This document shows, piece by piece, positions 26,812-40,192 of a stretch of 64,000 bases of DNA. Position 1 is the first letter of the stretch. Each line of letters starts with the position of its first letter. The notes under the pieces are model-generated. The model saw only the letters and a list, made by a program, of their open reading frames with translations. It made no database searches and was not told the DNA's origin. Source of the DNA: Glaucostegus cemiculus (Eukaryota); contig CDPCPM010000011.1 in NCBI GenBank assembly GCA_976551045.1, positions 5,642,001 to 5,706,000 on the forward strand. Direction: 5' to 3'. A program made the translations under genes and the position numbers.

Positions 26812-27159
26812 AGAGTCATGGAGTCATTCAGCACAGAAACAGGCCCTTTGGCCCAACTCAACCATGCCAACCAAGATGTCCATCTAAGCTAGTCCCATTT
26901 ATTCTCTCACACATGCCTATCAACCCACAATCCCCCTTTTTTTACTTTGTCATTTACCAATGATAAGGGATCAGTTATAGTAGCCAACTAATTTACCAGT
27001 ATGTCTTTGGGATGTGACAGGAAACCAGTGCACCTGGAGGAAACGCACACAGTCAAGGCGAGAATGTGCAAACTCCATGCAAACATCACCTGAGGTCAGA
27101 AGTAAACTCAGGTCCCCAGAGCTGTGAGACAGCAGCACTAACTGCTGTGCCACCATGCC
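26812..27159 (-). mobile_element. Near full-length HE1-like V-SINE (tRNA head, V domain, CR1-like tail)
   Basis: Minus strand: GGCATGGTGGCACAGCAGTTAG (A box), decayed B box, V core TGGAGTTTGCACATTCTC..GTTTCCTCCAGGTGCACTGGTTTCC..CATCCCAAAGACAT, tail GGGCCAAAGGGCCTGTTTCTGTGCTG. Confidence 0.9.
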
Positions 27160-29599
27160 TAATGGGTGTGACCTCTCCCAAGGATGTTGTTTTATTTTGG
27201 AGTACACTTCCAGAGAGACTGTGTATCTTTAGTGCTTCACTCACAGCAATACCAAGTGCCTCATGATAAAGAAGACTTCACACTTAGCCCAGCTTTGTCC
27301 TGCTGTAATGTGGTTTTACATGCACTTACCAGAATGAATAACTAGGCAAGAAATTCAGATGGCTTTCATATTCTCTGGGGTAGGGTCCTGGGGTCAATTG
27401 CGGTTAGGGCAGTGAAGTTGTCAGCTGGTCTATATGAGTGGAGGTTATCAGTCAACATTCAGCTCTTGGATCTGTTGTACCTTTGGATTGCCAGATTGTT
27501 TTTCTGGAAACTTTCTCTTTTCAGTAAACAGAGCTATGATTGAAATTCTCACTTAGATGTCAAGAGAAGCAAAATCAAAGTAATCCCCCAATATTGCTAA
27601 GTTCTAGTAATGAAGTCTTTTTTAACTCTCTTAATGAAAAGCATTACAGAATCAGTCAAGTCCTTTTCTTTTAATTGTGTTAGAGCATGTTCTAATTATT
27701 CTTTCAAGCTTTTCTCCTCTTTGTAATAGGAAGAACTTTTGACCCCTTTCTCATGATGTTTCACAAAGTCAAAGGTGTTTATTAAAAAAGATTGGGCTGA
27801 AAATTAATTAAATGTGATGGAAATAAAGCCTATATCCCTTGAAATGCAGACCGAGCCTTTTGTTGAAGACTCGGGTCATTAACTTTACTATGATGAAATC
27901 AATGCATTCACTGAAAATAAACAGCCATCCCTGAATTTCAAGAGCGTGGAAAGAAATTCTGAGTGATTAGTTTTGACTGCACATGTGTGAAATGAAAGAA
28001 TAGGTGCACTTTGAAACTCTATCAGCACAGGCATTTATTATTTTTAACATTATTTTGCTGGTCTCCTTTCAATGGAAACACTGTCAATGAAGGGGTAAGC
28101 TCGAGCTTATTGAAACAAAATGGATACCAATGGTATCTTTTACGATACATAGTCAGACCGTGCAGGAATTAGCTTCTGTTACTGTTTCTAAAGGCACAGA
28201 TTGTCCCGTAGCTGTCAGTCTCTGTTATGCTCAGTGTTATCAGCATTTAGCTCTGCTGTCTTGTGAATAAACCATCTGTAGGGTGGGGCTTTGATCATTT
28301 CACATGTCAACCTGTAGGATGCCAATCAGCAGCTGACAAAGAAATGTGCATGATGCCAACTGGGTCCAGAATCTCTGGCAGAAAAAAAAGCTGATTAGTT
28401 GTTACAAGAGCAGACAAAGGGCAGTTTTGTCGTGGAAAGATTATTTTCAAAAAATAAGTTATATAATTTTATTTTAGCATAAACTAACAAGACCTAGCAT
28501 TGCAAAGAACTGCAACTTTCTTGGATGCCATTGTCAATGAAACATTTTGAGGGAGTTGGGAGGCCAACAGGGATTGTAAACTTCAGTTCATGAAACAGCA
28601 CGAAAGTGACTACTTATTAAATGGAACTGCTCATATGAAATAAAAACTGTAACAACTCAGGAACTCCGCTTCCAAATAATTGTCAGCTTGTAACTCCTAA
28701 TGATCAGGATGCCCTCCTCCTCAGAACTCTTAAAACATCACCTGATCCAATGAATTCCGGAACAGATTTTGCAAGTCACTTGAATGTACATTTGATAAAT
28801 TAGAAGTTTGCCAGATTATGATAGCCTTGAATATCTTTGGAAAAAGTCTGTAGTGAAAATGACTCTGTAAAACCTTAAGTGCCTAACTGTTGCATGTTGC
28901 AAGGGCTTGCTTGAAACCATCACAGCTCCTTTTATATGTTGGTTTGTCACTATGGAAGCAGACAAGAACAATAGATGTAACTCTAAATCAAAAACTTTCA
29001 ATTAGACAAATAAAACAATACAAAGGCCGATCTAGCTTTAACTGATGAATATAGTATTTGCAAATTAGTATAGTTGAATCATGTTTGTCTTAATTTTCAT
29101 AATCCTCTGGGGGACATCGGGTTTCCCTTCCATTTCAAGCTCCACTTAAAGGTTCTGGCTGAGATTCCATCCCACACCTCCATTAATGTGACAGGGGAGG
29201 GGACAAATTCAGTTCACTTCTCCTCTCACTGAAGATTTGTACTCATGCCCTCTGCTTCAGCAATCAGTTTAAATTAAACAGCTTGCTTACATTTACATTA
29301 TCTATGACTGCCATTTTAAATATCATTGTAACACAATTTAATTTGAGCCTTTCAACCGCTAATAAAAGAGAACTTAAAAAAAAATGATGTTTGAAACAAC
29401 AGTAATATTATCATCTACACAAGAAATATTTGGACATACAATAATTTTGTCAGACGCATGAAGGAAGGCAGAAGCAGATAATTATCATAAAGCAGGTTGC
29501 TTGCTTACAATGCTTTGCCTTGTTTGGATTTCTGTCTGCAACCAGCACCCCAGCTTTAGTGAGGATGGACAATGCTGATAAAAGTCACTGTCATGGATA

Positions 29600-30060
29600 A
29601 TGTTTTGAGGATTCTTTCTCAGGCAGGAAATGAGGAAACAAATGAGAAATGTTTCCAGGGGAAAAGGGTAAACAATTAAAAGCCTGGTTTCTGATGGTGG
29701 AAGACAGGGTGTGGAGAATAATGTTGACTGAAGTGAGAGACCTGTAATGTGTGGTCAAAGGTATACACAAAGACTTTTGAAGTACAGTGCAGCATGGCCA
29801 TTGAGTTGATTTTCTGGGGCTCAGAGAACCAGTGGGGTTTGGCATAATTAGAGCAACAACAATGCTGGACCTAGGTTGTAAGGAGATGAGGGCATGGGTG
29901 AAGGCGTCAAACATACTTCGGGAAAGGCAATACAAAACGTCGGGTACTGATTCAGAAATGAGATAGTGCAGGAGTGAATATAGGTAGAAAACTAAGCTGG
30001 CAGCAAGTTGGAATATCATTCGATTGAACCCAAGTAGCAATCTGGAAGGATAATAAGATT
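29600..30060 (-). mobile_element. Very old LINE (probably L2) fragment
   Basis: Purine-rich plus strand similar in style to 22900-23170 (GCTGGACCTAGGTTGTAAGGAGATGAGGGCATGGGTGAAGG; minus FTHALISLQPRSS, cf. LIHAFVTSRLDYS). Confidence 0.4.
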
Positions 30061-31284
30061 TTGGAATAAAAGCATGTACACAAGCCATGGCACATGCAAA
30101 GGATGGCTTCTGTTCACTGATACAGAGCTGCAAGAAATTGGGATTGATGCCAGAATGGTATTTTCAAAGCAGCGTAAGAGCTGTATAAGTGATAATGCAG
30201 ATTGAGAGATAAAGTTAGAAGTTTCATCTGACTGTGCACTGTTTGCCTGTTTGAGTTAATTGGACAGGGTATTGGGTTTAAATTGTATTCTCAAGTATGC
30301 CAAACTTCAGATCTGGGATTGAGCTATCCAGGGCAGCCAAGAAGTTAAATATAACTTATCACTGCCATCAGTTCAATTGAACTTGCATGGCTGTTGTCTT
30401 TTTGAGACAATGGAGAACCAAGATTTTTCTTCCTCTCGAAGTCAAAAGAGAATATGTGATTTAACAGTGAGGAGGTACAGCAGGCCATCCATCTCTCTCA
30501 ATCATCATGCAATGTAGAGCATCTGCTGAGGTCAATGAACATTGCTTATGATCTGTGCAGCAAGGACTTGATAGAAAAACTTTAATTGATTGCTGTCAGA
30601 TAGAGACAGCAGATGAATCCTGGAGAGATCAAAAACATCTGCTCTGAGGCAAAAACTCCATTGGTGCCTCTCGTTTCAGGAAGTAGATGTCACTTTTTAA
30701 ATCACACATGTTGGTAAGAACAAAAAAAATCATTGCAGGGAAGCTTTGTGTTTGTCCTCTCCATAAATTCAGCTGCAGTATCTCTTCCTAACTTTGAATA
30801 ACGAGTTCTCATAAAACTGTTCAGAACTGTGCCAGGAATGGGCTTTGCACAAGGACTTTTGATCGATGTTGGAAGTGACGTTATCATACAGCAGGAAAAG
30901 AAAATAACTGTAAATAGGTTGAGAGAGAAATGCTGATAGATAATCTTAGATTGCAATTCTCACTGGCTCTCTGAGTAGAACAATAGTGTTCACATGAATA
31001 GTTATTGAAGCCATTCCACATTAGCACCCCAGGGCTGCTTAGAATCATGGGAATGAGGAGATAAAAGTTCATAGCACTGTTCTGATTTTCTGATAATGTT
31101 GTAGTGGATGGGGCAGAACAAGGCACAGATGGAGTACTGTGAATAAATATGGTGAATAACTTAAAGCTTTGGTAATAAAACACAAATGATTTGCCTTCTG
31201 CTGCTGTTATTCCTGTGCTAAAAATCATATTTTCTCTTCTTTTTCTCATCAGTTTTGACCACAATTTCTCTCCTTAAGGACTCA

Positions 31285-31505
31285 TTGTGGGAAGTAGGTC
31301 TCCACAGGCAGCAGTCATCCTCTGATACTTCACCTTATCAACCATTATTCAATGTGCATCTTGACAATGAGTACTCGGCAGGCTATTTACCAGTGGGTTG
31401 AATCAAACATTCAGCTCAATCTTCACACAGAGGCACTGTTATGAGATCAGTTTTTTCCCTTTCTAGGTCACTGGTACTGAGGTCAAATGTAATACTCAGG
31501 AGCTA
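31285..31505 (-). mobile_element. Ancient SINE remnant (family uncertain)
   Basis: GACAATGAGTACTCGGCAGGCTATTT..TTTTTTCCCTTTCTAGG..TACTGAGGTCAAAT; the last motif recurs at ~46695-46730 next to a tRNA-like head. Confidence 0.4.
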
Positions 31506-32109
31506 ATTTGCCACATTAAATCTGAGCCTCTTTTTCTCTGCATTTTTCACCCAGTCACTTGAGAAAACACCACTGAAACACCAGCACCTTTCTCTGTAAG
31601 GAAGCAACCTCTGCTACACAACCCTGTGTGACATCAGCTTGATGTGGAAATAAAAGTGCAAAGTGGATTTTTAATTAAAAATCAGAGAACAGATTAATCA
31701 GAATGAAAAGCAAACTATCGCAAGCAGCCTTCCGTTGTCGACAGTTTAACTCTAAAGAACATGCATAAGATTTCCAAAGTTTATGCTTGAAAAGTCAATG
31801 AAAAGGTGAGATTTTTCAGTATGAATTTTCCCTGGGATATTTTTAAAGGTTTGAAAGGTCCACCTTTTTTATCTTGAGTTCCTTCAACTTTTGCCGCACT
31901 TATCAATCTGATGGCAACAGAATTTACCTTTACCTAGTTCTTCAGTTTTTTCAACTGGCCTTTCCAGAGGCACAGCAGAGAATGCATCAAAAGGTAAAGG
32001 ACATGTTTCCTTATGTATCAAGTCACTGGTCAAACAATGCAACGACAGTTTCTGATTTTTTATGCTGAGTTAGTTTAACTCAGTACAGTGTCAGATTTGG
32101 CTTCAACAT

Positions 32110-32413
32110 AGTAGTCAGAGGTTTTTCCCCAGGGCCGAAATGGTGGCCACAAGAGGACATAGGTTTAAGGTGCTGGGGGGAATATATAGGGGTGATGTTA
32201 GGGGTAAGTTTTTTACTCAGAGAGTGGTGAGTGTGTGGAATAGGCTGCCGGAAATGGTGGTGGAGGCGGATACGATAGGGTCTTTCAAGAGACTGTTGGA
32301 TAGGTACATGGAGGTAAATTAGAAGGCTATGAGTAAGCCTAATAGTGTGGGGACATGTTCGGCACAGCTTTGTGGGCCAAAGGGTCTGAATTGTGCTGTA
32401 GGTTTCTATGTTC
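32110..32413 (+). mobile_element. Relatively young 5'-truncated CR1 LINE
   Basis: ORF 32140-32322 TRGHRFKVLGGIYRGDVRGKFFTQRVVSVWNRLPEMVVEADTIGSFKRLLDRYM; tail GGGCCAAAGGG..GTGCTGTAGGTTTCTATGTTCT; possible AACA duplication at the ends. Confidence 0.93.
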
Positions 32414-33374
32414 TAACACCCCTGACTAGTGGTCCGTGCAAATATAGAATGAACTCTGATACTGGCATCGCCTTGCTGGATGGACTCATTTCTTTGTTAT
32501 AGTACTGTGGAACAAGTATTCAGATAATTTATTCAGATATGTTTATTTTTCAGGTTCCCTTAATCATTCCTTTTGCATCAACTTTCATCTTAGCTGGTGG
32601 TCTAAAAAGACTTTTTTTTGTGCCAGAAAGTCTGCAATATCAATCTTCTTCCAAACTCCTCTTCCAAAGCATCTTACTCCATCCCATCTTCACCCTTTCT
32701 AGATTCCACCATTCCTACTGACACCAAACGACTAAACTATGACGCAAATACAAAACTCAGTTTAGTGCTGATCTCTTCCAATGGACTCTTCCCATTGGTC
32801 TTTATTTTGTGGCTGGGACCCTTCTGTGCATCTGAATATTTTTCCACCTTTGGACTTGGATGTCTTTTAGGACTACTCCCCTTCTGATTTTATGACTTCT
32901 ATTGATCTTTCCATTAATGATTCCACCATTATACTTGCCATCTCAGTCGCTGCACTCCCTAATATACCTTCTTTCTGAAATTGCAGCATTTTGCTCTCTT
33001 GGTCCATGAAATAATCGCACCTGATGAGAAAGAAGTGCCATTGTTGTAGTGTAAATAGAATTCTCCCTCACTGAGCCAAACACAAACTATCTAATAGCTT
33101 CTCCCTTCTCCGACTGGACCATGCTCCGCTACCGAATCCAATAGGGAAGTTAAAGGCATTATATCATCTTTCCTTCAGATAGCCCCCTCAGTTCCTCCAA
33201 CCTCATCGCACTCCCCCTCAACTAACAAGCAGCTAAGCCTTTCCCTACAAATAGAATAATTGTCTCAACTTGCTCATATCCTGATCTCCCTTTTTTTTAA
33301 CAATATCAGAATTTTTTAAATTTCACTATTATAGATACACAGTACCAACACAATCTAATCCTCACAATTCCTAT

Positions 33375-33741
33375 CAACCTCACCATCCAAGTCATGCCAT
33401 CTTTTCACAGCTACCATCAGGCAGGAGGTACAGAAGCCTGAAGTCCCACACCACCAGGTTCAAGAACAGCTACTTCCCTTCAACCATTCAGTTCTTGAAC
33501 CAACTGGCACAACCCTAATCACTACAGTTTAGCAACACTTTACACTGAAATGGATTTTTTTTTTGTTCCAATTGTGTTCTTTTGTGTAAAAATTGTGCAT
33601 AATTCATTTATGTTTTTCTTGTGAATGCTGCTTATATGATGCTATGTGCCTGTGATGCTGCTGCAATAAGTTTTTCTTTGCACCTGTGCATACATGTACT
33701 TCTGCATATGACTTTAAACTCGACTTTGACCTTGGCTTTGA
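33375..33741 (+). mobile_element. 5'-truncated Rex1/Babar LINE
   Basis: PHHPSHAIFSQLPSGRRYRSLKSHTTRFKNSYFPSTIQFLN, 3' UTR, (GACTTT)-like tail. Confidence 0.9.
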
Positions 33742-35177
33742 ACCATTTGTGATTAATTATATTCCTGGCCCCTTCTGCAGTTAGAATAAGAACCCACATG
33801 TGTGTTACAAATTGATGATGATAGTGTGAAGAAAGGATCTGCATGAAGAAAGTAGAACAGACCATTATATGACAAAGCGGACTTGCTGCCAAGCAAGAAG
33901 ACTTATCTGTGAGCCAACAGTGACGGCAGCAGTTTGAGGTACCAGCAGTGGTGTTGAGTGTAGTGTTTGTTAACTCATAACAACTGTCTAGGCATAGAAT
34001 GCAATACCAGCAGAACTCTTCACAAGAATGGAGAACAACTTGGTCTGAGAGTTTCTTGGATGAATACTTTGGGTGAGGACTGTTACAACTTTTACAGAGA
34101 AGAGTGAGGCTTTGCAGGTATAGTATGGCCATTGGTGAGACCATATGTGGTTATGTGCAGTGTGGTAAGGGAACTACTGATGGGTCCAATTGTGACAGAA
34201 TGTCATTGAGAAGTACAATTTTATTAACTTACTGAGCCAGACAATGTGGTCATTAAACTAAAGAGGCACTGAAATAATGGGAAACTGCCTTTTTTTTGTG
34301 TGACTTCATCAGTTTGGCAGAAGGCCATGAGAAGATAAAGAGGATAAATGGCGCTCAGACTCACACTGGTTACAATGGCTGTCAGTTTGTATGATCAGGT
34401 GTCTGAGCTTTTCAGCTCATATGTTGGATTGTATGAAAATGTTTTCAAAGTAACATACTAGAAATTGATGTCAATGCTGAGAACATATTCTATTAACAGA
34501 AATGCATTCAGAAATGTACATTGTTAGCAAATCTTCTGAAGTCACAAAAGCAAAAGATCTTTCATTTAGGGCGGCTATGTAGAAAGCACAGGATCACTTT
34601 AATCCAAAAATATCAGAAATTGTGGAGAACTCAAAGCTGGAGTGACAATTGGCAGTCAGGCAAGGCTGCCAGCAGGATCTTGTTGAAGGAGCTGTCTTAG
34701 TTCTGCAACTTTGCTATTTTCTAAGACAAGGTGCTGTGTGACGAGTTTGTAGTTTAACCAACAACCAATTTTAATTGAGGTTATTAAACATACAGAATGA
34801 ACTTTTGATCTTGCATGCAAAACTGAAATATTCATGGAAATGGCATTGTGGAATGCTGAAGAACTTTGTTCAATGCAAACAGAAATATGACTTCAGATTA
34901 AAGTTGCAGAGCAAGAAGTTGTACTTCCAAAACACATTGTGACAATACAGTGAACTGTTGCTATTGATGCAACGGAAGGCGTCCACCATATGAAGGTCAT
35001 TACAATACAGCAAAATGCTTTAATTATCAGAAAAAAAGAGCGCATATTCTCAACAGACAAGTCTATACCCCAGATAGTTAGCAAAAGCAACTCTCTGATT
35101 CATTTACAAGGAAGTTGACACAGTATAAAGTCACAGAGAGCAAGTCTACACAGTATTGAAGCTGGCATGACTAATGG

Positions 35178-35245
35178 TCCAGCAGCATCTGCAGAGGCAA
35201 AAGGTAGAAGTCGACATTTCGGGTTGAGACACTGCATCAGGACTC
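35178..35245 (-). mobile_element. ~65-bp Penelope hammerhead fragment inserted between Gypsy gag and protease
   Basis: Reverse complement AGTC-CTGATGC-AGTGTCTCAACCC-GAAAT-GTC-GACT..CAGATGCTGC. Confidence 0.8.
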
Positions 35246-35629
35246 AATGGAGAATTGGCCCTTTATAGTCTTCATGACACTGCTGGCAAAGTTAGAAAGC
35301 AGAACAATTTTAAGACGAGAATATGGTCAGTGTATTGACATCAGCATCGACGTGGCAGCAAATTGCTCAATCATGGGAGAAGATACTCAAGTCAGTTCAG
35401 CCAAGTACCTCAGACAAAGAGCTCAGAGAACTTGAAACATGTTCAGGTGAGATATTGAAGACTTCAGTCCACAGGAAATGGTTAGTGGGTCATAACAGTT
35501 AGCAAATAATATTATCAATTGGTGCAGCTTGATTACATGAATCAACCAGCATTTATAAACAAAGGTAGGTTCAGAGAATTGAAGGAAGACTGGACAGATG
35601 AGTATAAATCACCCTCAGACATGCATCGC

Positions 35630-38600
35630 TCGAAGTAGTTTTTGGTGGCTAAGCCAATGATACATTTTGCACTAATGTCCACTTGGCTCACAACAGAACG
35701 CTGTGCAGTGTTAAGTGGTTTACACCCAGAAACATGCTAACTCAGTCGCTGTATGGTACCTTATGGAACAGGCTCAATTGAACACAGATGCTATCAATTT
35801 GCTGTGCAACTACCAGAGAAGGCAGATTCTTCATGGAAGCCAGATGGCAGCAACACATGTTGAGGCTGCCATTGAGGAGAGAGAGGCTGCAGGGCAAGGG
35901 AAGAGAGCTCCAAAATTTACCCAGAGGGCCTTAAAAATCCAAATATTATGACGAGGGAGATGGGGCAAAGGCAGGAGCTCCACCAAGGCCATCATTTGTA
36001 GAGCCTGGTAGGAGGTGGTGCATGTTGTCTCCTCGGTCATGAGAATGCACAAACAATAAGGCAACGGAGAGGTGCAGTCTGGCATCAGGCAGAGGGAACC
36101 TGCTGTGGGGAGTCCCCATGTCTGTATTGCCCTCAATGACTCAAGTGCAGATACTTTCACGACAAGGCCAATGCAGATGCACAGAAATACGGTGAGCGAT
36201 AAGTGATAGGATCAAGCTGTCTCACCAAAGGCAGGAGACGACAAGGAGCATGGAGCAGTCATCTCCAAACACTGGCAGGAGGTTGTGCGGTGCAGGGGAG
36301 CATGACCTCAGCCCCTGAGCTCATATGCAGTTCCTTGCTGGCAATCAGTGACAATTCCACCATAACAATATCTGTGCCTCCTGATCAAAGGACAGCAGCT
36401 GTGGAAGCAGAGAAAGAGGCTGCAGTATATCTTCCTGCTTCTACGCTGTGGCACCGTGATCCAGCTAAAGACCTGGTCGTTACCAAAGGGGAGGATTTTG
36501 AAGATCTTTACGCACAGCAATGAGCCACTCAAGTGCAGCATGCTGTCCTCACTGAGCAGTGAGAAACCATTCATGAGAAGATCGCTGCTCTCAGTGGAAA
36601 CCGGGATGCTGTCCATGAGCAGCTCATGTTCTACAGGAGCAGAGAGATGTTTGGTGACAGAACCTAGCTGTTCTCCAGAAACAGAGATGCTGAACATCTA
36701 TACAAGAGGTGAGATGCTACATATTGGCAGATCACTCTCCAGCAAGAGCAGACATCTCACATAAAGGAACTGGTCTGTCTTCTGCGGGAGCAGTAACATG
36801 TCCTCTTGCTCACTACAGGTTATGCAGAGAGCTGACTCTGAGGCTGGATGTAAAGGCAACAGGGACCAGACCCTGTAATTCAAGTTCTATCATCTGGGTC
36901 AGATCTCAGTCTAGAGTTGAAACTATGTCCAGATGCCATCAGATCATTGCCTACCCCGTCACCTGTGAGTTCAGCTAGTGTGCAGGTTCAGGACAGTGAT
37001 GCCACCTCATAAGGGCAACAATTCAATCCCACCCTGCCCTCTCAGGCAGCGTGCTCACTGTGCCCACAGTCAGCCATCCCAGACTGTTCCTACTATTGAT
37101 CCTGGGCAGCAATCCAAAGCCAACCTATGCAGGGCAAGGATTTCTTGTGGGCCTTGCAGGACATCTGTGTGAACTCAGAGGAAATGGAGGGAGCCTTCCA
37201 GCAGCCAGACTGTAGCTACACAGGAGACTCTGCTACATGGTGCGAGGACATTAAGATACATGTCAAGGTCATCAAGTGGGAAAGGAACTAGGGTGTGAAT
37301 GTTTAGAGATAAATGGAATGATTTTTGATTTACATAATATTTGATATTGTCTTTTTATAAATGGTTCTGAAGACACGAGCACCGTGTCCTCATTAAGGGA
37401 AAATCGCACTCTTCATTGTGCAGAGATATGTGGCACAGCAAAGCTGTAGACCCTGTCACAGCTCATCCAGGGAACTAGCTAATGTCATTCTTACCTGGTC
37501 AATGTGCTTGAACATAACTTTGATTGCTCTTGGACATTGAGTGATGCTTTTCCCACTGCAGCAGGCAACATGATTAGTTAGACTCATGCCCCAGCTGCCA
37601 TCTTATTCTGGCAATGGGTGCATATGGCTTCGAATGCCATGCTGTTAAGTATCTCACAGATACTCTTTCAAGTGTATCTGGCTTTTACAATACCCACTAC
37701 GTTCCACCTCTGAAGCAGGGCTCCCTATGAGAGATAAAGAAAAATGAATGAAGCTGCTTGTTGAGATTAAACATCTGTTCAGTGTTACCATGTTTTAGGA
37801 GGAACACCTCAGCATTGTTATGCAGATTTTTGAAAGTGACAGGAATAAGTGAGAGTTGGAAAAAAGGGTTTGTAATAATGTAGTGATCAGATCCACTTGC
37901 TGAAAGGTGAGTGAAACAATGTGCCCTTTCCACAGGTAGTTCATCGGTTGTGTCCAACAATGTCCCTTAAAATACTCATGTCTTGCAAAAGTCTAAATCA
38001 AACTTAATTGGATTCTCACGAGAGATTTCTCATTGCTGAGTGATTGCGCACTTCACTGGCTTGAAATGTTAGCCATCAATGCATCTCTAAACCCACTGAA
38101 TGCAGATTTGATTAACATGTTGTTATGTGCATTACCCTCAACTGCTGTAGCTGAAATGCTGACTAGACACCATTGAATTTGAGCTTGGTCCAAGGAGAGG
38201 TCAAGATTTCAGACAAGGTTTATAGCAACCGAGTGTAGCTGATGTAGAAAATGTGGATTTTATTCTGAGGTCAGTTTGTTCATCAAAGTGCAGCTCATCA
38301 GGGAATTGTGATTTGTAGAAACTCACTTAAGTTAGTGAATCATTCATGGGTGTACCACAAGAAATGCAGTTAACACAGATACATTGGTATTAAGGACTGT
38401 AGTGTGGAGAGGGTCACTTGCTCTGCATTAGGGAGTCTCATTTAGCAGGCTCTACGAAAAGCTTGTGTTCAAGAAGGAATCCCTTACATACCATGCACAC
38501 AATGCCTCCCTCTGCTGCTCTACTGAGAGATGAGGCTGTTGCTGCCCAATTGGGACTCTCCCAGTAGGTTTCCCTGTCCTGTTGTTTCTGCGGATGAGCC

Positions 38601-39290
38601 TCATTGCCCTTGGGCTCTGGGTCTGCAGACTGCCCTTCCTTTGGCATTAGCTGGTGTCTTCAGATTGCTTGGTTGTGCAGCATGTACAATGAAGTCTCTC
38701 TACCTGGTGGAGTATGCTGCAGGGTACTGCACAATCTTAATCAACACCACAATCTTATGTTCATCAGATCAAATCAGATTTCAACAATCATTCTGGTCTG
38801 CGCGTTGCTCTTACTCTATCGGTGCTCAGCTGCTTGGTTAGGTGTATGAGAGTGATTGGCCAGGGAAGGAAAGGCTCCCCCAAAATCCATACCTCTGGAT
38901 AGTGTTGGCAGCTGAGGATGAAGGCATGGCAGCTGCTTCCTAGAGGTATGGCATTGGCCATGCATAAACCCTTCTGATGATCTACAAGCACCTGAACATC
39001 AAAGGAGGGGAATTATTAATGAAATGTATCCAGTTATCAAGTGGAGTGTTTTAAATGGGTATCTGCTCTGCTGGAAAATCAGCAATGCCAGAACTTGAGA
39101 TGCCAAATGAACCTCAATAACGTCAAATAACTTCTTCATGATGATGTTGCCTGGATAGCCTCTCTGATGACACAGTGAGACATGGCAGGGATCTGGGATC
39201 TGCTACGGCCACTTGAAAAAGGCCAGTGGCAAAAAAACAGAGAAAGGTGGTCTTGATCTCCACAGAGAGAGCAATTCAACTTGAGAGAGT
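35630..39290. mobile_element. Decayed PIF/Harbinger DNA transposon: Myb/SANT gene (+) and HARBI1-like transposase (-), convergent
   Basis: Plus: GQGKRAPKFTQRALKIQIL*..CRAW*EVVHVVSS (35890-36035). Minus: AICTH (37614-37628, cf. GAIDCTH), GKASLNVQ (37530-37553, cf. RKGFHSLNVQ), MFKHIDQ and DRVYSFAV..LHN (37410-37515, cf. RFRCLD..RVSRIIVVCCxLHN). More GC-rich than its flanks. Termini approximate. Confidence 0.65.
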
Positions 39291-39897
39291 GGCTGAAGAC
39301 TTTCCTGAGAATGTCTATATCTCAGCCTTGTAAAACCTGAGCTGTGAGTATGTCGTTCCTCAAAGGTGTCTGGGTAAGGTGTGGCGTATCTGAAGAATCT
39401 TCACTGATGGGCATGTATTTGTTTTCTTCCCCAGGTCTCTGACCCATACTGAGTTGGCAGTCCACAAAGGTACTTCCAGTCCACAAAGATACTTGTATAA
39501 TGGCGCATCAGATGTGCAGTGTGAACCATACACAGAAGTGCCCTGTTCAGTTTTGCAATTTCATACTGAAATGATTGCTGGCACAACCTACTCCTGGTAA
39601 AACTAATATTTGCATGAATTCATTCTTGAAACAACGGCTGCTAATCAATCTAATTTCTAGCCTGTTGAGTTATGAAGAAATATTCCAGGATCCCTACAAC
39701 GGTAGTAAAGGTTGTAATGGGTTTATTTATAAAAAGCCAATCTATTGTAATTTTTGATCTGTCCCATATGCATTGAAGAAACAGTTGGAGAAAGAGTTAG
39801 ATAAATTCTAATGAAATTAAATTCTTGTGAAGACAAGCCAGAAATACAGGGCAGCACCAACTGCAGTAGTACCAATGGTAACCAAATGTTTGATGTT

Positions 39898-40192
39898 ACT
39901 AAGATCTTTATTAGTCACATGTACATCAAAACACACAGTGAAATGTGTCTTTTGTGTAGAATGTTCTGGGGGCAGCCTGCAAGTGTCGCCACATTTCTGG
40001 CGCCAACTTAGCATGCTCACAACTTCCTAACCCATACGCCTTTGGAATGCGGAAGGAAACCAGAGCACCCAGAGGAAACCCACAAAGACATAGGGAGAAC
40101 GTACAAACTCCAACAGACAGTGGCTGGAATTAAACCTAGTTCACCGGCACTGTAACAGTGTTACACTAACCACTACACTACCATGCCTGCCC
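39898..40192 (-). mobile_element. V-SINE with non-CR1 (Rex1-like) tail inserted in the Gypsy RT
   Basis: Minus head GGCATGGTAGTGTAGTGGTTAG..GGTTTAATTCC, V core GGAGTTTGTACGTTCTCCC..GGGTTTCCTCTGGGTGCTCTGGTTTCC, tail ..ATTTCACTGTGTG..GTACATGTGACTAATAAAGATCT. Confidence 0.88.

Noticed and set aside
27090-27159. tRNA gene (also 40120-40192 and 62725-62807)
   Set aside because: These are SINE heads with A/B-box relics, no full cloverleaf, and they continue into SINE bodies.
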